This document shows, in pieces, positions 54,321 through 64,000 of a stretch of 64,000 nt of DNA; positions within the stretch are counted from its first letter, which is position 1, and each line of letters opens with the position of its first letter. A program made the position numbers and the translations under genes. This DNA comes from Chrysomallon squamiferum (taxonomy: Eukaryota > Animalia > Mollusca): the NCBI GenBank assembly GCA_012295275.1, contig CM022665.1, positions 40,796,001-40,860,000 of the forward strand. Reading direction: 5' to 3'. Below the pieces are notes generated by a model. It was not told the DNA's origin, ran no database searches, and worked only from the letters and a program-made list of their open reading frames with translations.

Positions 54321-55364
54321 TTAATAAAATGTACCAGTTTAATTAATTATTATAAACTTTGTAATTTAGCAAATCTGTATGTATGTGCGTGTCTTTGTGT
54401 GTATGCCTAAATGAATATACAGTAAGACAACTGACAGAATGTTTATATCAAAAATTATTATTTGTTAAACTTTTAAAGCCCTTATGATTATTCACATCCA
54501 TAAATCTTAGTGCAGTTTGCAGAATATTAGATAAAAACATCAGTAATTTAAGTTAGAAATCTATCATTTAATGCAAGTACATCTATCTTGTGACAAATAA
54601 CAGGATTTATGACCACTCGTATTATTAGCTTAACATTTACATACTACCACTGTTAGAATATAATAATAAAATTGTTACAAATTTGTCAAGTACAAAATTT
54701 GTATGTATGATAAGTCTGGAACAAAGTGTCTTGTGTATATTGCTTTTTCATACATTTATTCATCAATAAGCAAGCTGTACCATAGAGTAATTTAGTAAAA
54801 AGACCAAATTTAATACCATGAAATTTTAAATTTTTGGTGTCAGAATATAATTCCAGTAAAGATACCCAGGTTTAATCATTATTTTATTTTTAAAAACATA
54901 ATAAATGCTTAACAAGTCATAAAATAATATTTTTCATTCTCTCATCTGTAGCTGGAATCCTCTTGAATGTTACCCCAGGAGACTGTCCTAACAATTCTGA
55001 TGGTAACTGAAATGTGAAAAAGAAATTACAGTAAATTGTAAATGTCTATCAAATCAAATTGTTGCACCATTTCTACATGCAGTATCACAAAATGCCATTT
55101 TGTCATCTATTGTAGCTGTCAGTTATTTTTAAGTTTTTATTTATTTATTTATTTATTTTTTCTAAAAATCATTCACTAATATAACCTCAGTTTCTGCTAG
55201 TAGTAGACATAAATAATAATGAAACAAATAGGTAAAGTAAATTATTCTCATTGATGTCTTGAACTTAATATCAGAGCTGTGACTTCTGTGTCAGTAATAG
55301 CTTGCTAGCTAGTATGAAGTATGAAGTGTGTTTTTCTACGTGTTACTTAATGTCTGTATTGAGG

Positions 55365-55803
55365 GTGATTTGCCAGATGTTATCAAGGTGCACTTGTCAG
55401 TTAATGTTGATGATGATTTGTCAGATGTTATTGTGGTACATTTGTCAGTTAATTTTGATGATGATTTGTCAGATGTTATTGTGGTACATTTGTCAGTTTA
55501 TGTTGATGATGATTTGTCAGATGTTATTGTGGTACATTTGTCAGTTTATGTTGATGATGATTTGTCAGATGTTATTGTGGTACATTTGTCAGTTTATGTT
55601 GATGATAATTTGCCAGATGTTATCAAGGTGCACTTGTCAGTTAATGTTGATGATGATTTGTCAGATGTTATTGTGGTACATTTGTCAGTTTAAGTTGATG
55701 ATGATTTGTCAGATGTTATTGTGGTACATTTGTCAGTTTAAGTTGATGATGATTTGTCAGATGTTATTGTGGTACATTTGTCAGTTAATGTTGATGGTGA
55801 TTT
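55365..55803. repeat. 48-bp minisatellite, about 9 near-identical copies
   Basis: Unit GATGATTTGTCAGATGTTATTGTGGTACATTTGTCAGTT(T/A)ATGTTGAT; a variant unit recurs at 55371 and 55611 (240 bp = 5 units). Confidence 0.95.
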
Positions 55804-58768
55804 TTCCAGCTGTTTATATAAGGGTAATGTACATTGTCCTGGGTAACTTGATTAGTTAATATTAAAGCTGATTTAGTTAAGTTAATAAAGTTTGCATCTA
55901 GCTTGTATTTAATAAATCCTTTGCTGCTAATTAGTTAAAGTGGCCCTTAATCAGTAAGTTTATTTAATGAAAAAAAAAACAGAACAACAAAATATTAAAA
56001 AAATATATATGTTATGGTTTTCGTATTATTGTTCTTGATATTATTGTTATTACTATTTATTTATTTATTTTATTATTGTTATTACTTATACTTTGTATTA
56101 ATATTAAACATCAGAATATAAAAATGCACAAGTAATATTACTGGTATATGATCAGTCTAACAGTTTTCAAAGCCCTAGTATTATTAATATCTAAGATTTA
56201 TACATACAGATCTTGTTACCCTCTGACAAAGTTATTAAAGAATTTTCAGATGGAACTGATGTTTTTAGTTCTCATGGGAATTGTTGCTTTGGCCTGAAAT
56301 ATTCTATAATGCTTTGTCCAAGTTAGCTGTAGCTACTGTGACACTGGGGTGGAATGGAGCATTTTCGAATCTACTTACTGCAAATAAGATTTCTGGACTG
56401 TGTCATCAGGTCACTGTTACAGAGAGATTATATTAATCAAAAGTACAGTGCAAGATTCAGAATTTTTACATACAGAGATACAAGTTTATTCTCCTGAGAG
56501 TTGTGTTGATTAGTTTTCTTAGATATCAACTGTTCTTTATTTAATTTTTTATTTTATTAATATGTATGTGTGTGTGTAAATACATATATATATACATATA
56601 TTAATTATGTTTTTATTTTATTATTATATATAGGTTTGATATTTTTTGAAATTTCATTTTAAATCAGTCCTTTTTTTTTTATTTCCTTCTTTCTTTTTTT
56701 TAAGTTTTAAATTTTTAATTATTAATTATTTACATTTCTATCAGCACTATCATTACGTATTTTATTTTGCATTTTATCATTATTTTATATCTACTTGTTT
56801 ATTTTTTCTCTGTCATTCTATCTGAAGCCAAGATTTTTTATGACAGCATTCCTTTGCTCCACAGTTTGAGCTGTGATATCAGCTGTTGCCACATTGAATA
56901 TAGCTTGCCATTTTCGCTACCAATCCACCAATATATTTGTTTTATTGGAGAACATAATATGACAACTTTTGATACGACATGACCGGAAAAGATTATACTG
57001 AGTTGAAGATTCATTCTAAGATGTTTATGACCATTGAGATTTCCGTGCAGCATCAAGCTTATGAAATATTTTCCAAACGACAATTCCCTTGAAGCTTGGT
57101 AATTCTTGGTGTCGTCTTTTTGTTGTCGATTGTAAAATTTGTGTCGTAATGTGAATCATGCATCGTTGGTAAGACTTTTATCTGATTTTATTCACATCGC
57201 TGAAGTTGTTTACTTGACTGAAGATAATCAAAAAAGTTTAGCATTAATGGGTGAACATTACACAATAAAATCATGCTTTTGCGTCAAGGGGGAAACATAA
57301 GATAAAAGATATTTTTCTGCTTATAAGCAAGAAAAAAGTTGTGAAGGTTTTCTGTCCTCACTCAGATCAGTTACTAAGACTTGTTAACTGCTGTTCTTTA
57401 ACTGTAGTTAATTACAAAAGTCCTCTAGTGATCCATTACAGGTTAGCAGTTTTGATCAAGAAGGCTTTAAAATTTAAAAAAACATTAACTTTTGAATCAT
57501 TTATTGGACAACCTATTGAGATTATGACATCAGCTTTAATATTTTCTAACAAATAACTATTAAAATTTATGGATTTTGGATTTAAATGTTTATTTATCTG
57601 ATGTTGGGATATGTAAAAAAAAAAAAAAAAAAAAAAAAAAATAAATAGATTATTTCAGAATATCTTTAATCTCTGTTAGTTTCAAGCAGTGCATTCCAAG
57701 CACACACTGCATGAACCTTGACTGAACCTGTAAATACAGTAAGTACATTAGAAATCAAAGACAATTAGTCAGAGGAGAGAAATGTTATTTCTTACAAAGT
57801 TATTGGAATAAGCTACTCCAAGGAATATGCTCGTCCTTCCACAATGATATTACAAAACGATAAATAAATTATCACAACTGCCTCACATCAGCAGTTTTGC
57901 ACTGGTGTTTAATATCCTAACTTAATTCTAATGTGAAGTTCATGTGTTGATTAATGTAAAAATGTCCTTCACACTCATCAAGACGATGTCCTAACTCAAA
58001 CAGCCACTGGTTTTCTCTGCCTTCGGGGAAAAGTCGCAGCAAATTGAGTACTCAACAGCGATTCTTGCTTAATTCAGTGATAATTTTAATTTCATTTCCA
58101 GTATGTCTCAGTGGACTGATGTTTCCTAACTTCTATCAGTTTATTTTATTATGAAGATAACAGACATTTAATCATGCATGATGATGTGATAATACCACAG
58201 GAATTACGAACTCCATGAAACACCTATCTCTGTGGAGGGGAAAAAAAAAAAGAAATCAGCATTTATTTTGGTGATTAACATTCAAACAGATAATGAACAT
58301 GAACCATCTTTTGTAACAACTAAGTAAGCCTTACATTATTTGTCTGTTGTCAGAATGAAATATAATACTGAAGTAGAACATGAAATAACTTTTGTAAATA
58401 GGTAAAGTTTGCAGAGTGTAATTTCATTAAATAATAAAAAATAATAATAATAATAACAACATTTGGATGATTAGTTTCAGAAGTCAAAGCTCTGTATATT
58501 TATGACAACAACTAAAACAATTTCACCAATTTTAAATCAAAATGGGTAAAAGCAGAGAGGCTAAAAGTCTGGAAATTACATGAAACGGTAAATTTTTATC
58601 ACACACTGGTGGTATTATTGTAAAACCTAATCCACATTAAGAGTGCATCAGGGAAGATCAATAATTAATTATAGTTTAATAACTACAGTTTCAAAAAATT
58701 TATAAGCATTCCTTTGAACAAAAATGAATATTTTATGTGTTTAATTCAGTAAACATTTCAGTGAAATT

Positions 58769-58805
<37 letters not shown>

Positions 58806-60723
58806 AAATTTAAATTTACAAATTTAAAAAATAGTTATATCTGCACATACATATGAGTTGGAAACAAAGGCTGGAATTGGAAATGGCCCAGTGAACACAC
58901 ATGGAAGATTTGATCACATAGCATGCTATGCCTCAGGCCAGTTTTTCTGATATTGACCCGCTTGTCCTTGGTGATTGGAATGTGAAATTGTTGATTGGGC
59001 ATAGTTAAAGAGAATTGATCCAGTGAACTGTTATGCCTCAGGCAAACATGCTGTTATTAAAAATAAATATTTGCAGTTTACATCCGTTTTTTGGGTCACT
59101 GAGTTAAAATCCTTTTATTTAATTATTTATATATTTGCTTGTTTAGTTATTTTATTATTATTATTATTAATTTGTTTTGTATTATATTATATTTATTTAT
59201 CTATATATATGTTTGATTTATTTATTTATATTTTAGTTAAACTATTTATGCACTCCAGTTCTAAATCCAGTTTGTTTAATGCTCATCTTATTTCATTACA
59301 TAAAAATTAAATTAAAAAAACCTCTCCTCCTTTTTTCATTATAGAATCTTTTTAAGAATAATTTTGAAAAAAAAAAAAAAAAACAAAAAATCTCACCCAA
59401 AAACCAAGTCATTCCATTTAGTACAGTTTTAAAAATTGTTACCACCCCCTTTTTTTCCCCTTCTTTTAAAAAAAAAAAAAAAAAAAAAATCAGCTGTAAC
59501 ATGAATCAGCATTTTGTGCTCTTGTCTTCTTATTTTTTTTATTTATTTATTTATTCTTCTACCTGGAGGCCATGTTGTGGTTCTGTCACACTGAAAATTA
59601 TATCATTAAGAAAAATTACACATTGATGTAGTAATGCTTGTACTTTTCTTTGATGTGCCATTCATTGTTGTGTAGTTTTTTTATCACATTACCCGACCTC
59701 AGTCCCGCTCAATAACATGTCTTGGTGACAATGTGAGAATGGCGTATTAACTTTCGTCTGTTGGCAGGAATAACTCTAATTTACGACATTTCGTCAAAGC
59801 CCTAAGTAATTTGTCTAGTTTTGCATTTTTCTTAAAACATTATCTATTCCCAAGCGGTTTCTTTGTTTTTACTTTTGAGATATTTTTTAGCATTAATTTT
59901 TATCTCTGTCTTTAGATGTTTTTATCTTCTTTTAACTCTCTTTCCATTTTCCCCCACTTTTTGTCACTTTCCAAGAGCCATTCTCTTTTTCGTTTAAAAA
60001 AAAATAATAATAAAAATAGAAAAAATAAATCTGTATTCCTAAGTGTAATGATGAAATTATGTCCTTTTATTTACAAGTTTTATGAAAATCAGTTTATTTT
60101 ATTCATTTCAGGATTCAGTTTGGTTTCTTCTTTGAGTGTGGAAGGTTGCTACATAATATAAAGTGGATTACTTAAATTTTACCATTTTGAAAGATAATTA
60201 AAAATTCATTTTTGGTTAGTTAAAAGAAAAAAAAAAAAGATTTTAAACCATTATTACATTTAGTTTTTACATTATATTCATATACTGAAGAATGAAAAAG
60301 GATATTCTTGATTTAACAGCAATGTCACATTATTGTGTTTTGCATTCATTTAGCTTAAATATATATATATATATTTTTATTTATTTATTTAATACAGTAA
60401 CAGGAGACAAACTCAGAATAAAGTCTTTTAAATTTTTTATTTATATATATATATATATATATTTTTTTTTTTCTCACATTTGTTTCTGTAGCAAAAGGCT
60501 TAACTTTAATAATAAATGGATTTATTTGGTCTTGATGTGACAGCAGAATTCCCTCTTGTCAACTGTATAGAAATCAGTTTGACTCAAACCGCAAGAAACT
60601 TCCTGATCGTATAATCAAGTCAAACTGTTTGGTCTAACAGTAATGTGGTTACATGTCAGTCCAGTGGCTTCATGCTAAGAATACCAATTCACTGCCATCT
60701 TCTCATTAAAGTAGTCTTAGGTG

Positions 60724-61150
60724 CTTATGTTCTCTTACTGTAGTATTATCTTATGTTCTCTTACTGTAGTATTATTGTCTTGTTCTCTTACTGGATTGTT
60801 ATCTTAAGTTCTGTTACTGTAGTATTATCTTCTTAAGTTCTGTTACTGTATTATTATATTCTTAAGTTCTGTTACTGTAGTGTTATCTTAAGTTCTTTTA
60901 GTGTAGTATTATCTTCTTTTCTGTACTGTAGTTTGTTTCTTTTCTATTACTATAGTCTCTTAGGTTTATGTTTTCTGTTACTGTAGTCTTTGGTTCTTAT
61001 GTTCTGTTTGTAGTGTTATGTTCTTGCATTCTTTTACAGTAGTGTTAGGTTCTATTTTTCTGTTACTGTATCATCATGTTCACATGTTTTATTACTGTAG
61101 TTTCAGGCTCATGTTTTCTGTTACGATAGTCTTAGTTCATATGGTCTGTT
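60724..61150. repeat. ~26-30-bp degenerate tandem repeat
   Basis: Unit CTTA(T/A)GTTCT(C/G)TTACTGTAGTATTAT, more than a dozen copies, decaying rightwards. Confidence 0.85.
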
Positions 61151-61874
61151 AACATGATAAAAAGTCTGCAGTTAATTAGTAGTAATATATTCAGTGGAAT
61201 GCAGGATCTCTCTTCCTTTGTATGTCTACTGAGTTTCTTCCAGTTCTAGCCAGTGCTCCTAGTTGATTTATGTTTTCTTCTTTGCTGATCAGTGCTTCAC
61301 TGATGTTAACAGAAATTTTTAAAGATACATTATTTCCTTCATAATGTTACTGTTTATATGCATTACTAAACATACTGTTTCATTTGTACTGAACCTGTCA
61401 CTGAATATCATTGACAAATAGATAAAAACATACTCTTCAGTTAAGATTTCCTTTTGTTATCATCTTATTAATCTGCATTTAAAAAAAGAACAATGAAGTG
61501 TTTATGTCTGGTGTTATCTTTTAATTTTATTTTATTTTTATTTTTTATTTTTTTTTATCTTTGTCTGGAATGAAGTTATTTCTGTATTTTTCTTATTCTT
61601 ATCTTTATTTTTTTCTTCTCCTTGTTATTTTTCAGCCATATTGGATTCCATATTAACTTTGAAAATATTATGAAGATGACTAACTTATACTTAGCTATAA
61701 AAACATTTGCCAGATATGTTATTGCTTTACCATTGAGCTATATCCTATTACAGATAGTCTGGTTTGTTAGGTGTAGCAAAGACTGGTGTGAGGGAAGGTA
61801 CATGCATATTGTTAATTACCAATAAACAGATGATGATGACTGAATGACAGCTATGAAGAGCTCTGTCTGATAGT

Positions 61875-62075
61875 ATCATAACAAAATGATATGTTTGATT
61901 TCTGATAACAATTACTGGTTTGAAATTAACTATCATTAAATAATTATATATTTATTTAATATTTTTTGTCTAGGGATTGAGTGATTTCCTTGACAGAATG
62001 ATGTTATCATAACAAAATTATATCTTTGATTCCTAACAACAATTACTGGTTTGAAATTAACTGTCATTAAATAAA
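61875..62075. repeat. Local tandem duplication, ~132-bp period
   Basis: ATCATAACAAAAT.ATAT.TTTGATT.CT.A.AACAATTACTGGTTTGAAATTAACT.TCATTAAATAA at 61875 and 62007. Confidence 0.85.
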
Positions 62076-63016
62076 TAAATATTTATTATTTTTTATCTGC
62101 AGACTGAGTTATTATTTCCATGACTGAATGGAAAGAAAGCACATAATTTGAATAGAATGTTTGATCTGAAAATTAATAAAAGAATATGCCATGCAATAGT
62201 TTATGTATGAAGTAATTACTTTCCTGTACTGTTGTTTATAGATGTTTGTAAAAGTATTGTCTTAATATTAAACTCATCAAACAATCATTCCACATAGAAT
62301 TGGGATGATGGACAGACATTTCTCTAATCTGAATCCATACCATTCTGGAAGAAATGTCTTAGTTTCTTGCGTTCAGTTCATGTAGTCTTAGGTTTCTTTT
62401 TCTTTTCTTTCTTTCTTTTTTTTTTTTTTTTTTTTTTTTTTTGCCTTATGAAATCAGGATAATTAAATCACCATCTTCCTGAAAGAAACTCATTTTATTT
62501 ATTAATGGTTATATATTTTAAAATTTGTTAAAATATTTTTTAATAAGGTCACTGATTACTTGTCAACATGAATTTCACTGAACTGCAATACCTTCTTTTA
62601 TATATAAATGTATCAGTCAACAGAATGGCAGCAAATTTCCTTCATAATATATAGTATTACAGTAGCATCAATAACAATTTAAAAGAAACATGCAATTTTG
62701 TTATGCATATGTCATTCATAATCCATTGCAATATTGCAAAATCAGTAACACATTTAACAACAACATGCAAATGTGTGATGCATATACTAAAATATATGAA
62801 CACACACTTGTCTGTCTTTTTCAGTAATTACCCTGTTAGATACAGATTTAGCAAATCTGGCACAGCAACTTACCAGGGATGGGGAATGTTCTAGTTTAAA
62901 CCCTAGGAATGACTGAGTAGTTTGTCTCCTTTCAGTAACCACCTTAGCACAAACACCCATCCCACATACTCCTGGTACCATTATTCACAATTATTTACAT
63001 ACAGACAGACAGACAG

Positions 63017-63049
<33 letters not shown>

Positions 63050-63410
63050 TCACTAAATAATAATAAAAAAAAAAAAGAAGTGATGAATATAATATTATTA
63101 ATTTTACAAAATTATTACCTGTGTCTGGAATCTAAATTACATTTGTCACTACTGAGTGTCATTAATAACATTTCTTAATTTATTTCTGTGGATTACTTTC
63201 ACTAATTCCTTTTAGTTTTCCTCCCCCATCATTTTTTAAAATTATTATTTAATTATTTTTCTTTCTTTTTTTCATTATTTGTTCTTTTTTATCTTTTGGT
63301 TTTTATAAATGGACATTCCTTCACAATTTAATAAATAACAACGTGGTCTTCTTTTTTTTAATTTTTTTTTTTTTTTAATATTTAAGTGTGTGTGTATATG
63401 TATGTATATG

Positions 63411-63457
<47 letters not shown>

Positions 63458-64000
63458 TGTCAGACTAATTCTTGATCATATTTCTAATTAAAAGAAGCAA
63501 AAACAAAAAAATAAAAAAAATAATAACACTTTTTGCCATTTCATTTTTTTTTAAACTGTTTTCCAATGAATGAATGAATGTTAAATTTACCAAAGTTAGT
63601 TGTGTAAGTTTATATTTTATTTTATTTAAAAAAACACAACAACAAATAAACAAATAGCCTCTTATTTATTACTAAACTGAAAACAAAAGTATGAAAAAAA
63701 ACAGTTTTTTTATTTTCTATTAATTTATAATTTTTGTTCTTCTACTTAACCAAATTCTCAAAGGTCATATTTTCCTTCCTGTCTGTGATAAAATGAATGT
63801 TTTAAATGTTTAGTGAATTAATACTTAATGTAGTTACAGATGAATTTTATTTTACCAAACAAAAGTCAGATTTGAAAAGAATACAAAAATCCATTATTAA
63901 TCATTTTTGGGCCATTTTTGTAACAGTGGTTTGATGTGTAAACTATATAGTTGTGTTTTACAACTATAAATTTTTTACATTTTATGTTACTGTTGCTTTC

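Noticed and set aside
55365-55803. Possible CRISPR-like array (also 12203-12411 and 60724-61150)
   Set aside because: Head-to-tail tandem units with no unique spacers, no cas genes and a eukaryotic context.
55302-55859. 185-aa and 121-aa repetitive ORFs
   Set aside because: Open only because the 48-bp unit is a multiple of 3. They are intronic, have no convincing splice context and show no protein-family features.
60112-60160. Candidate B3GALNT2 exon 7 (tttcag|GATTCAG..; also ctag|GGATTG at ~61974)
   Set aside because: In the required phase 0 both hit stops quickly and neither resembles the expected FEG-containing segment. The next exon is probably beyond the window.
62314-62359. Hairpin AGACATTTCT...AGAAATGTCT as a possible miRNA
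   Set aside because: The stem is short and interrupted, and matches no conserved miRNA I recognise.

Overview
Eukaryotic, very AT-rich, microsatellite-dense animal DNA. Composition and repeat style suggest an invertebrate such as a mollusc or cephalopod, but the taxon cannot be fixed from sequence alone. Nearly all of the supplied ORFs are low-complexity artefacts. Manual GT-AG splicing yields two real genes arranged head-to-head, with ATGs about 2.15 kb apart. (1) On the minus strand, a complete 11-exon F-box/WD40 gene (44664->21393, 1320 nt, 439 aa) with FBXW7/Cdc4-type 8-repeat architecture. It appears to lack the dimerisation domain, and the three phosphodegron-binding arginines are replaced by D/S/E. 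(2) On the plus strand, the first six exons (199 aa) of a B3GALNT2 orthologue; its catalytic GT31 exons lie beyond the window. The left ~17.5 kb has no recognisable CDS but keeps CpGs and carries promoter/enhancer-like patches (YY1, E2F, RFX, TCF motifs) and probable 5' exons of a minus-strand gene leaving the window. The two gene bodies are CpG-depleted. Also present are a Tigger4/MER46-like MITE, a diverged 200-bp duplication in the bidirectional promoter and several minisatellites. I found no prokaryote-type system (CRISPR, operon) and no recognisable structural RNA gene. All coordinates and counts were read by eye.
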